DNA of 64,000 nt from Utricularia gibba (taxonomy: Eukaryota; Plantae; Magnoliophyta): positions 1,612,001 to 1,676,000 of the forward strand of contig NEEC01000007.1 in assembly GCA_002189035.1 (NCBI GenBank), in the 5' to 3' direction. The position numbers were made by a program, and so were the translations under genes. The notes below the pieces were generated by a model. It saw nothing but the letters and a program-made list of their open reading frames with translations, had not been told where the DNA came from and did not search any database. The first letter of the stretch is position 1. The number at the start of each line of letters is the position of its first letter. Below are positions 1 to 13,400 of the stretch, piece by piece.

Positions 1-1102
<1,102 letters not shown>

Positions 1103-2293
1103 GAAGTGATCAGGTGACCGGTTCCTGTGTGTCGCCTTGCAAAATTTTGATTGTTTTGTAGCTTATAATATTATTATTCAAAGGAAGTCCTTGCCTTTCG
1201 GGAGGGTTGGATTATCTCCATGCTGCTGAAAAAATCCTGTATCTCGATTGGCTGAGATGAATGAGTTGCTGTATTCGGCAGAGTGGTGGTTCAGGGCTAC
1301 AACTGCCCTCTGCATCCTGCCAACTGACAAATACTTCAACCTGATAAGTCCATTTTGGCCATGCCAAGTCGAGTTCCCCTTGGTGCCAGGATGCCGATGT
1401 TACAAGTTTCGGAATGCCCAACTACTTTTTGTTCTTCACAGGAGTAACAAAGCTGCTTCCCTCGCTTTCGAGGATGCGGATAGCGTGACCGTCCCCACAC
1501 TGCATCACGTGCATTCGACTCTATAAACACGTATATATATAAAGGCAGATCCAACAGTTCCTGTCCCGGTCATTGCAAATACACATATGTATAGAAGATG
1601 CTCACTCTTTTCATAAATTGGAGCTAGATCCCTGAGTCACCGATAAACTAGTGTTGTAAAGTGGAACAGCTATTCTGGAGAGAAGGTCTGTACATCATTG
1701 TGATTCACAGTTAAATGGTGTTAACTCCCACAATTTAAAGGGAAAATTTGGTGTGTTAAACTGGCAAACCTGAGTCAAAAGCAGGAGGCATTCTCACTAA
1801 AGAGAAGATATGCATACTACAGTGAAATGATTTCTAGACGACGAATCGGATTCTGTGGTTAGATCAGGGAAGCATGAACACGCAGTCAAGTTACCTTGAT
1901 ATTTATAGAACTGGAAATGCTGGACGTTGGTTCTTTACATCTACCTCCAACAGAGCTTCACCTAAATTGAGGAAAATATGAGGCAGAGCCAAAGAGTACT
2001 ATCAAGGAACATTACATCTGCCTGTTGTCAGAGACAAAGCATATCATGCTAGGAGACACTTAGGCTGATGTGTGCAAGGTGGAGGAGGGAATGATGATTC
2101 AAAAAACAGGCAAGTAGGTGATGGATCATATGAGCAACCTTTGATAATTTTAATGATCATCGAGTATCCATAAAGTGAACTCAACTGTGCACTAGGTATC
2201 TATGGCTGCAGATTGAGCTTATATCATTTCCTATTCTGAAGTCTTTTTTTTAACGAAGCTCTCCACTTACCAAAAAGATCCAGAAAAACGATG

Positions 2294-5200
2294 CTAAAGT
2301 CGTCTTTCAGTGGAACCATGATTATTATCACTCCAAATTAGCTTCCTTTGCCCTCCACTTCCATTGGCTGACAATGATAATGTCTGACATGATCATCAAC
2401 TGAAAGTTAGGGAATGAGTAGTCAAAAATATATAAGAGTTACAAGGACGTACCCGCCTAGCTCTCTTGTCAACTGGAGTCCATGTAGGGGAATATGAACT
2501 GGCTGGGGGTTTCCTTTTCTGCAATGAGTTGAGGCAAGATCTTTTTGGTCTCCCTTGTTCAACTGTTTTCTGTCGCGCACTAGTTCCCGTATACTTGTAC
2601 ACTTCGAGAACTGATGGGCTCTTCCTTTTTGTGATTACATTTGATGATTTTCTGATGGAAGGAAACTGAGGAGATGGGAAGGATATCTCATGTGAAGAAG
2701 ACTGCTTAAGCAATCTACTCTTTTCCTTGACTCTGTTAAGAAACTGAATCGTCCATGGCGATCCTCTCTGGCGCATAGAACTAGATCCAAGAGCCTTTGA
2801 GAGAAACGCGTCACCAGACTTCTTTGCATCTTGGTTTGGCAAGTTACCGAAAGGCTCTTGTGTCATGTACTTGTGCATAAGCTCCTTTTTTTCAGTGGCA
2901 GAAATATTACCCCGTTTAATGGTTTCTGACGGTAGAATGACGCTGTTTCCTGTCATAGCCTGATGGTTATTTTTTACAGAATTCCATGCACCAGGCGCAT
3001 AATCAAAATCACTAGGGACATCGAACATCGGAGACTTGGGTTTAAGGAATGGAGCTTTGGAAATTTTGGAATTTCTGTCACCGCGATCCCTTTCAATATG
3101 CAGCAAAAATGGTGAAGAGATGTCGGAGCTTTCAAAGGATAAATCTTCTATAAACGGACCTGGAGTGCCTTCAGCATTAATGACTTCACCTTGTAGATCA
3201 AATCCAGTCCAATTGTTATAATGCTTATCTTCCCAGCAACTTCTAGCTGGTCGCAAAGCCAGTCCCTTTCTTGGACAATAAGTTGCTGTCTTCCTTATAT
3301 TTGATACATCCATACTTTCATCTGATGGAAACTCATTAGAGTTCACACAATCTTTCACCATATCCATGCCAGTAAAGTGACCGAGTGATTTTTTGTCTAG
3401 CGAGGAACCAAACCACATTGATGTATTCGGCCTCTCAATGAACCCTGAAAAACAAGAGTCGTGCATGGGAAAATTGAGTGAGTCATCTTGAGGAACTTTT
3501 AGAGACTCCACGAGGGTTTGTCCTTTATGTTGCTCACAGCCTTCGTCCATGCTGTGCCAGTGTTTCGGTTTTTTCTTTCTACATTCACCTCTAAATGGAA
3601 CATCTTTGCATTCTGGAAGTGATAAAGAAGAGGAGCAATCTGTCGTTGTAGATTTGCTATCCTCTCGCTCCCCATACCTGCTTGCCGCACTTAGTAATAC
3701 GATGCTTTCATTTGGAATCATGCATCTTTGAAGAGCACAAATTCTTTCCTCATTTGATATCTCCAGGAACTTTCCTAGCAAAAGATCTGAAGACAATATT
3801 GCATGAGCAGCAAGTGGATTAACTGAAGGAAAAGATGTGAGAAATGATTCTCCTAAACTTTCAGAATCAGGCATTCTTGGATATTCGCTTTTACAAGATT
3901 TTGCAGCAGTAGAGATGGAGGACAATATAACTTTTTCAGTCAATTCAGAAGAGTATGAGTAAAAGAGCTGAATATCAATTCCCAAACTAGCTGCAGCAGC
4001 AAAGAGTTCCTCTGATGATTCCATAACTCCATGAATAAAGCTGGCTTCTCCCTCAAATACCTGGAAAAGTTTAGAATGATAAAAAACATAATGAACATAC
4101 ACCCTAGACTCACGTGTATGTGCGAAATATAAATCTACATTCAAATAGAAACTTTCATTCAACCAGCGGCATGTCACAATAAGCTAACATCTGCGTTAGG
4201 TTGAGCTTCCACAGCCAACCACCTCAAACGTCAATCTTACCTTGAGACATATACTGGCCACATTTTGGAGCACACTCTCACTAAAAATGAGTCATGGATA
4301 ATAACTTGAAGCTAATGAAATCAAAGCATGGAGAAAACTAGAACAAAACATGAAAAGGATTAGAATACCAGAATGCAGCAACTGAAAGCAAAACTGAGGG
4401 ATGTTAAGACATTGGTTGCAATGCTTTCTATGCACAGAGAGAACGCTGCATCTGGAGCTGAAACCTTCGTTCTAATATTTCTGCTATGATACCAAGCGAG
4501 ACAAACTGATGAACTGATCACCAAATCAACTGGCAGATCTATATCACGCTCAACAACTTGTGTTCCAGTTTGTTCAATTTCCAGAATTCTTTGATAAGTT
4601 GTTCTCCTGGAAATAATCATTTCTTCACTGCAACTTTGAGTATTCACGACAATGATTTTGTTTGAACTAAGAATACAGCAGGACAGATTTTTCTCTGATC
4701 CCAAGCTCATTGAAATATGCTCACCAGGAACTGAAGTGCAGCCTTCATTTTGATTTATAGCTGGCTCTTGTGGAGATTTTGTTTCAGTATTCTAGAAATA
4801 ATTTGGAGTCAGATAACAAAAAAACCTAGTAAGAAAACAATAAAAACTAAAAGCACTAGGACGGTTTTGCTTCTATGTATCAATTCACTGCTTCATGTCC
4901 TCATAGATCAGCGTTTGTTTATTTTTAACTGTCATTCTCATTACACTCACAACAAATCCTTGATCTACACGAACAATGAATTGATGAATTTCAACCTTCG
5001 ATAACAGAGATTCACTAACTGCTTCAGAGATGGCAAATGAGATAGTGCTCATTGAAAAAACATATTTATAATTTCTGTCGATCAAGTGCACCATCTGTCT
5101 ACCCTAGGAACTCTTCCATGTAAAATAAAAAAGCAGTGTTCCCTTAATTTACCTGGAAAATCGTAACAGCTAACTTTTCTTGAGCTACCTCCATATCAAC

Positions 5201-7636
5201 ATTTTTTGAATCATCAGTGGGCATACGCATCTGCTGCATCATTTTGTTGTCTCTGGGGTTATCTGCAGGCCTGCATACTTTCCCTTTAGTATGGCTAACA
5301 GGATCCAAGAAAAACTCAAGATCGCTAGACATAGATTCAGCAAATATTGATGCCTTTTCAACCACAGGCTTTTGGTGAATATCCTGATGAACAGTTTTTC
5401 CCTGTTGATGATCTCCGATTCTGTTTATATCTTCTTCAACATAAGTGGAATATTGGTTCACAATATCCTTGCAGTTTTCCTCCTTTGCCTCCCTGGGAGA
5501 GTCTTCAGTGAGAATAAAATCAAATATAAGCTTGTCACCGTCTTGCGGAATCAGAATATCCATTTTGGAAGTATCAATTTCATGCAGCATTTCACTAATG
5601 TATGAATGCTTCATTGATTCCAGGGAATTTTCTTCACAAAAGCGCCAGTCAAGATATAGATCATCAGATGCTAAGAATGAAACCTTATTCAACCGGGCTA
5701 GTATGTCATCAATCAGTGTAGTTAATGAATATTTGCTTCCATGATCAGAAAAAATAGGTGCTGGCATTGTTTTAAAGGAGTCATCCATAAGGGTAAGTTC
5801 ATGGCAAACAACTAATTGGTTGAAGTCCTTGAAGTTCGCGTCTTCAAATATTGATTCCAGATGTTCAACTTCAAGTACCCTTGCTAAATCAAGAAGCGCC
5901 TCTGATAATACAAATTGATCTGAATCAAAGAGTAGAATGCCATTAAATATGATTGGCTCTATTGAGGAAAGTGAATCATCAATTTTCTTTCTGTGTTCCG
6001 CAAGGCTCTCCAGGGAATTTTTCAATTCAGCAATGCTCCTAATGTTTGATTGTGATGAGAAGCTCCCCTGTTCAGGCTGCTGAATTGGTGCAGTTTCATT
6101 TACTATATACTTCATCAAGTCAAATTTCCCAGATCCAGGAAACTCTATGTCGCTAATGTTAACTTCATCTATTTCTACCACTTGTTGCTTTTCAATGTAA
6201 TCAAAACAATGAAGCTCATCGATTGCGCATACTTTTGGAAGAATTCCAAGATCATCCATATCCATTTCAAAAAGAGGGAAGCTGTTTTCATTCGAATTAT
6301 TACTTCCATGAGGAGAATCAATATTTTCCAAAATGCCATTTCCCTCCACCAAGTATGTATCAGTTATACGGTCAACTGAGGAAACTACTCGATGAACCTC
6401 TACGCAACTGTGCGAAATGACATCACAACTGAGATCATCCTGAAAATCCACTTGCAACGCAAATATATGTAAGCAATATCACTTTAGACAAAACAGCTAA
6501 AAGGCAACTGACATTTCCAATCCACGGTACATTATTAAGCTTTTATTTTTTGGTGCGAATACGCAGAATCTCAGTAGTTAAGCAGCATGGATGTGGTGAA
6601 GGGAAATATGAAACGAAGATTCTAGCGCAGCATGACCTCCAGTTAACTTACCACTAGAAATTCTTCCTTCGGAATCACAGAAAGAGAACCTAAAGAGTCA
6701 AATATGGGCCTTTCCTGTATAGTGAAGGAAAGACAAGACATAAGAGATCGCCGGGTGGAAATAGCTAGCACTTTCAGAGACATTAGAAATGAAAGTTGAC
6801 CAATGGAAGCAGGGATATATCCATTTTCGGGACTTCAAACTGCAACCCAGGTAGATTGCAATCCGCATCGAATGATGAGGTTCCATCACTATCCATTTGA
6901 ATCTCCGTTTGAATCTGATCCAATATGAGTTGATAAAACTGGCACACCATAGCATAACATGTTCCAAATCACGATTTTATTTACTTGAAACAGACTAATT
7001 TCTTATATAAACAAATGGAATGAGGATTGGCAGGAACAAAGCTATCTAAATGTCCAGGACTTATTCTATATGCTTCTTAAGCGATGTGCACACCAGATAT
7101 AACTTCAAGCTATTTAGATACAATGAAAACATCACCAACCGTAGCAAAGTAATCTCATCTAGCAATGATCTAAGATGTGCAAGTATGAGGAAGCCATTCT
7201 TTAAAGTTCCCTTCATTGTTCCGACTACCCTAAGTAGCTCAAAATTTCTACAAGATGAGGATGCCGTACTCTTTTTAACTAAACGCAACTTTCGCGTCAA
7301 GCGAAGAAAAACAGAGAAACACATAAGCATCTCATTAATACATTATGTTACCTCGCCAGGCTTAAACTCATAATCCTTTCCGCCAATCAAACCATCGCCA
7401 TTGACGGTCTGAGGAAGAACGTCCGAGAGGAATATCGAAAGAGCGTCATCAATTGGCCACTTCTCCAAGTCTTCTGGTACTCCAAAGACTGGAAGTTCAT
7501 TGAAGCATGTCAAAATACTGTCGGACGGCGATAAATAATCTGGAGAAGATATGTGAGGACATGGAAGTGAGACGAAGTCATGGTCGCCGGCGCCGGTGAC
7601 CGTGCTGTAATCCGTAGGCAGGAAGCGAGTACGCAT
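2294..7636 (-). CDS. SHOC1: SHORTAGE IN CHIASMATA 1 (XPF-like meiotic ZMM protein); 8 predicted exons, about 1330 aa
   Basis: N-terminus MRTRFLPTDY; IIVVNTQ..MIISRRTTYQRILE..VVERDIDLPVDL; MPDSESLGESFLTSFPSVNPLAAHAILSS; C-terminal WTPVDKRARR|TLSLSANGSGGQRKLIW. Exons read at 7636-7352, a short exon near 7290-7230 (uncertain), 6938-6801, 6439-5153, 5103-4996, 4791-4369, 4060-2453 and 2383-2294. Confidence 0.9.
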
Positions 7637-7674
7637 GGGATCTAAGATTTCGGAGGGGAAGAAAAGAGAGGGAA

Positions 7675-7692
7675 ATATATATATATATATAT
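7675..7692. repeat. (AT)9 microsatellite in the 97-bp gap between the PPR stop and the SHOC1 ATG
   Basis: Read directly from the sequence. Similar (TA)n runs occur near 15077-15097 and 16234-16260. Confidence 0.85.
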
Positions 7693-7733
7693 AATTCTAA
7701 TAAATTACTCCAATGTTCGACATGCAGAAACGG

Positions 7734-9653
7734 CTAGAAATTAAGTGCAGAGATTTCTGTATCTTTTTTCAACTGCAGAACCAAGCCATCCAAAGTCTCA
7801 AACACCTGAGATCCTTCGGGGTGTAGTCTATCTCCTGCTGCAAATGACCTGCACATTCCATTGACTTGTATGACGCTACATCCCTGAGATTTACTGACTT
7901 GCGTGCACTTCATCTTCCTACGCATGGTTGCAACGCCATTCCAGTCTTTTGCTGATGCATATATATTCGCCATTTCGACATATGGTGCTGCAGCTTGCGG
8001 ATCAAGCTCAAAGAGATGATGTGCTGCATACTCGGCGACTTGGACGTTATGATGAATCCTGCAGGCACTCAGCAAGTAACTCCAAATCCCAGCATCTGGT
8101 TTCATGGGCATTCCTTGAATGAACTGGAGAGCTTCTTTCAGCATTCCTTTTCTTGCAAGAAGCTGAGAAATGCAGGCGTAATGATCTAGGCCTGGGGTGA
8201 CTCTATGCACTTGAGTCATTGTATCAAGAACTTCTCTTGCTTTATCAAGTAAGCCTGCGTGAGTGCAGGCCTGAAGAACAGCAAGGAAGGTAATGTGATT
8301 TGGCCTCAAACCCAGCTTCAACATCCAATTATAATGGTCTAGTGCCGCTTGAAATTTCCCGTTAAGTGCAAAACCGGAGATGAGAGTCGTCCAAGTCACC
8401 ACATTCTTCACTTTCATTGAAGTGACGAGCTTCTGAGCATCACCCATGGTGCCACATTTGGCGTACATGTCCATCAAGGCATTACACACCATTGTATGGT
8501 GTCTGAGCTCCTGTGAAACTGTGTAAGCATCCATCCATCTCCCTAATTCTAGGGCACCCACTTTACCGCAGGCAGATATTAAATGCACAACAGTTACCAA
8601 GTCAGGTTTCTCTCCAGCAGCTATCATATCATCAAATAGCAAAAAAGCTTGGTCGATATCACCAATCTCGGAATACCCACCTATCATAGCGGTCCATGTG
8701 ACACGCGATCTAGTGTTCATTCCATCAAAAACATATCTGGCTAACTTAACTTCTGCACATTTTGAGTACATGGAGATAAGGGTGTTAAGCATGGTGATAT
8801 CTGTATCACAACCAAGTTTTAATCCATGAGCATGAACTGACATGCCCAACCAAAAATAACTAGACTGAGCAAATGATGAAAGCAAATTAAGAATGGTGCA
8901 CAGATCAGGGGCGTACCCATTATTTAGCATTTGCTGGTAAAACCTGGTGGCTCTCACAGGCTCCTCACAAGAGGCAAATCCTGCTATCATAACGTTCCAA
9001 GAAACAACATTCAGAAACGGAAAATCAATGCTACAAAATATCCTCTCAGCTGAGTGTAGATCACCACATTTCGCATAGCCAGAAATGAAGGTGTTAGCTA
9101 CGGACGTATCAGCTTGAAGACCACATTTTAAACCAAGGCATTTCACCGCGGCCAGTGCTTTCAGGTCGCTTATCCCAACCACCAGTTGTATCAATCCCAT
9201 GATGGAAACTGCATCTGGCATAACGCCTTGGAACCTCATTGTGTTGAAGAATGCAGATGCTCTCTCAGAGAACCCCAGTTGGACGAAACCTAAAAGCATA
9301 GCGTTCCATGAAGCTATATCCCTGGTAGACATTTCCTCAAACATACGATGGGCACAAGTCAGGCGATCGCATTTAACGTACATGTCCATCAACGCAGTCT
9401 GGGCATACATATCCGAAGAGTGTGGCGTCTTAACTAGACAGGAATGGACCATCCCGGGGAATACGAAATCTGCTATCTTTGCACATGCTTTGGCAACAAA
9501 GATAAAAGTCACTTTGTTGAACAAAGGTTGCTGCTGCTGCTTCATCTGGCGGAATAGGAAAAGGGCATTCCTGGGGTCGCCATTGTTCAGCGCTTGCCGT
9601 ATAATGGAATTCCAGGCAGTCACCGAAAATCTCTCGCTGTGGACCAAAACCAT
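7734..9653 (-). CDS. Intronless PLS-class PPR protein, E/E+ subclass (resembles Arabidopsis At4g19191/PCMP-E1)
   Basis: 639-aa ORF with repeated PLS motifs (DIASWNAML, NVVSWNVMI, RVTWTAMIGG), an E domain (PDAGIWSYLLSACRIH) and GCSVIQVNG..F.AGDRLHP. No DYW domain. Confidence 0.93.
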   Translation of the reverse strand: MVLVHSERFSVTAWNSIIRQALNNGDPRNALFLFRQMKQQQQPLFNKVTFIFVAKACAKIADFVFPGMVHSCLVKTPHSSDMYAQTALMDMYVKCDRLTCAHRMFEEMSTRDIASWNAMLLGFVQLGFSERASAFFNTMRFQGVMPDAVSIMGLIQLVVGISDLKALAAVKCLGLKCGLQADTSVANTFISGYAKCGDLHSAERIFCSIDFPFLNVVSWNVMIAGFASCEEPVRATRFYQQMLNNGYAPDLCTILNLLSSFAQSSYFWLGMSVHAHGLKLGCDTDITMLNTLISMYSKCAEVKLARYVFDGMNTRSRVTWTAMIGGYSEIGDIDQAFLLFDDMIAAGEKPDLVTVVHLISACGKVGALELGRWMDAYTVSQELRHHTMVCNALMDMYAKCGTMGDAQKLVTSMKVKNVVTWTTLISGFALNGKFQAALDHYNWMLKLGLRPNHITFLAVLQACTHAGLLDKAREVLDTMTQVHRVTPGLDHYACISQLLARKGMLKEALQFIQGMPMKPDAGIWSYLLSACRIHHNVQVAEYAAHHLFELDPQAAAPYVEMANIYASAKDWNGVATMRRKMKCTQVSKSQGCSVIQVNGMCRSFAAGDRLHPEGSQVFETLDGLVLQLKKDTEISALNF

Positions 9654-10478
9654 GACTCATTTTCCACCCAAACACAGGAACATCTTGAAATTTTGCCTCG
9701 AGAAATAATACGAGAAGTCAGCATGAAGGAAGTCCTCTGTGCACCATGCTCAGATTCAATCTTGTAGGTTTCTTCATCCTTCATAACTTGATCGTACCAA
9801 CCGAACCCGCACACAGTGCAAATGAAGCCACCTTGAGAAGAAACAGAAATGGTGTATAAACGAAAGAAGAAGACCTTAAATAGCCAGCACAAGCCCACTG
9901 GTGTTATTTCATCGGGCACTTTATATGGTGAAACAATGTCTTCCGATGACCCTTCCTGCAACAAAACTTTCCACCGGGAGGCTTCTTTCGACCTTGGAAG
10001 CATATCCACCGGAGTGGATGGCGGAAACTCCATCCAAACGGAAGCTGTCTGCGGCATCACAAATGCACTGAAGGGAATCCATCTCGGCGTATTAGAGTGT
10101 AGATGGGGTGGATTCGGTGCCATTTGCTGCGTTTTCTTAGCTGGATCTCCATCGTTCAAATTTTGCTTTGGAATATTTGGTTAAATTTCCTGTTTTCTAA
10201 GCATCTTGCGAACGAATTATTTACAAACACTCCATCTGCATCCCACGGATCGAACATATGCAACGAGGACTTCAGTTGCATGGAAGGATACAATGATGAA
10301 ATCCAACCTAGGGGTCGTAGGCGGTCGCTTTAGAGCTAGATTTTAAAGTAGACCATGCAAGCGTTATGGAGAAGAGGGCTGCAGTGTTGTTTCTCCGGTT
10401 GGATTCACAAGATTACCGATTTTGAAGGTTAGCCTGACAGAGAAGCTGCGGGGTTGATACGGAGGCAGCGAACGCAAC

Positions 10479-13400
10479 TCAACCAGGCTGCTGCTGCCTG
10501 ATAAATAAATCGGCTCCATTTTCCACATCATCTGTTTTGATGCTTCCACACTCAGCCATCAGCGTTCTGTAGATCCTCTTCGAACACATCTCACCGACCC
10601 GTCGATCATCCCCAAGTAAGCTCTCCGTTGTCAAGTCGCGTAGAAGAAACTCTTTCTCGTGAACCTGTCAACTTTGGCTAAGTGTGAAATTTGGGCATTG
10701 ACGGGACAACAAAATGCAACGAAGATATATTTGATCACATTCCTCGAAAGGTAGCGTTGAGTGGACTTACGGTTCTGGTCGGATCCATGTAAACACTCAG
10801 AAGGGATTTCATTGTGGGGTACTTCTTCCATATGGCTACAGCAAACCGTGGCTGCACCTTGGGGATGGCTACGAGAGCTTTCAGCCTGTGTCATATGACA
10901 TAATCGAAAATGATCACGAAGAGCTGATTTGCACTTAAAAGTTGACAGAGGGGATTTTTTAGGTTTAAACTTGTACCAATCAAGGACACATACTTTATGA
11001 TCCGAAAAGCATAGCGCATCACATGAACACATTTCTTACTAATAGTATTTTGTTCATATTGGGAAACTGTAAACTATAGGGACAACTCTGGAACAAGCAT
11101 GCATTTCAAAGCTGCTCAACCCCCAGGCCAAATGCATATTCGAGCATGAGTGTTAGAGAAGAAATAAATAATGATTGAAGCATGGATGTGACACAGGCAA
11201 TATGTATTTAATGATAATGGTGAGCTGCATAGGTGATTTCGGAAAAGGGTACCAGACGTTAGTCTTGATTAAATCTTTATCAACGAAGTCCTTGGGGATG
11301 TTAGCACCATTAGCATTAACGGACAATCGTGTTAACTTTTTCCTGAAAACAATATCAGAAACAGAGAGTCCATGATAACCATTACAAGGAAGAAAGACGG
11401 CTCATTCTTTTGAAAGGTGAAATAGGCGATACCTAAAATGGCAAGTGGCAAGGCTGCATGTCAGACCAACTACATGTTCAGCTAATTCAGCTTCATCTAC
11501 GCAATGCCTCGAGTGAACTCCGACATAATGAGTGGCCAGTTTTGCTATCATCTATAAGAGAGTACGAACTAAGTGGGCTAGACATGATTTCCAGTGAAAC
11601 AGTGAATCATAATTTCCCCAACCTCATCAATGGGAGGGCGCTTCCAAGAAAGATGACCAGCTGGATTCTTGTAGTGTGCTTGTTCCCTGTTATGGCATTG
11701 AGATCAAGAAATATAAGAACTAAAAAATTAACAAGCAAATATTGAACCTAAAAAACCACAGTTGGGGCTCTCACTTCTTATTGATATAGCTCTTCAACCT
11801 ACTTGTTGCATAACATATAGTGTAATGAGGATACTGATTCTGAACAATGCTAACATGATCCTCAAGAGACTTATTTGCAACAAGATCGCAGAATTCTTCA
11901 GCCTCATAGATTATTAAGATGTACGAAATATCAACTGTTTTAGATGGAAGCTGTAAATGTAGTCAGACAAGCTTTGGAACTAAAAAAGAAATAGAGACTT
12001 ATAATAGCAAGAACATACATTCGATCATTTCTAAAATAATAACAAATACCGTGGAAAGCTCTTCAGGAATGACCATAGACCACACAATGGTTCTCTCTAT
12101 TGGATTTGAAGTTATGCGATATGAAAGGCCCTTTTCAGAAAACCTTGTAAGAAGGTGTCCTGGAGTAAGAAAAAATGATTTGTCATTGAACACCAAGCAT
12201 CGGAGAGGAAAAGCGCGGGCTCATTAAGTGAACACATACAAGAAGTTTAAAGGACGCATACCAGCTACTGATCCCAACTCGACCACCTTTTTATCAATTT
12301 CAGCCACAATGGACTTAAGAGCATATTTTCCCTTTTCCCATTTCTGCATTTCCTTCTCACTTTTCTTTAATTCAGCAGCTTTCTCCTTTGAAGAAGCTTT
12401 AAGCAACTTCTCTCTCTAGTTAAAAAAGTCACACAGTAGAGAAATAAACATTTTAGTTTTTTTATCCAGTCTTCTTCCCTTGTTTCCAAAACAAAGAGAA
12501 AGAGAAACTGAGCATCCAAGTAATAGGAATTACTTCCTTAGCTTCCTTCTTTTCTTTCATCAGACGAAGCTTCTCTTCCTTCGAAATTCTGACTGGTTTT
12601 TTCTTATTATCTACTTTCTCAGTGTCCTTAAGGGAGACTCCACCTCTATACTTTCCACTAGAAACTTGACTTGAAGACTCTAACTGCCGAGTGTTATCAG
12701 GAGAATCAACATCCACCTGCAAACGAATGGCTTTATAGTCCACAGATTGCATAATGGAAGTTTTTTAGAGATTTTATTGATGCCACAGCCATCGGATGTG
12801 ATGCTTTTAAAGATAAATTAGAAGTTCATTATCAATGGGAATAGGGGAATCCAGCACTTTATCCACCTAACATGCCATTCCCAATTTCATATGTGAATTG
12901 AGGAAAAAAAAAAAAAGAAATACAGACAGAGCAACTGGGGATTCTGGGAAAGGACATTCAGTGAAATGTGAAATACCCAGCTTAGAGCAAGAACACTAAG
13001 CAACCAACTCGCATCTCATTAAACTACTGTTGTCAGTCATGGCCATGAGACTTTTTGATGACATGATTCCAACTTAAAAAAGCAAGGTATAATTTCGTAA
13101 ACCACCACCATTGTCAAGTCCCTTATTAGAAAACTAACAATCACATGGAAAACTTCTCATTAAAGGAATAATCTTCGAAGATATGACATTATACAAGAAA
13201 TGACTAATAATCTGCGAAGTTAAGACATCATCCAAATAAACTTTATAATACGAGGAAATAAATTAAAATCAGAAATTTCATCGGAATTCCTTTTAGTGCG
13301 ATAGGCAGTTCAATTTGACACTGACCAGGGATATCATCACATCTTCCAGATCATTTGAACTTGATTGGAAATTCAATGATTTCAAGTTATTTTCCTCATC

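Noticed and set aside
11620-11690. Suspected frameshifts in EME1 exons (here and near 10610)
   Set aside because: On re-reading, both frames are intact (PAGHLSWKRPPIDE and ESLLGDDRRVGE).
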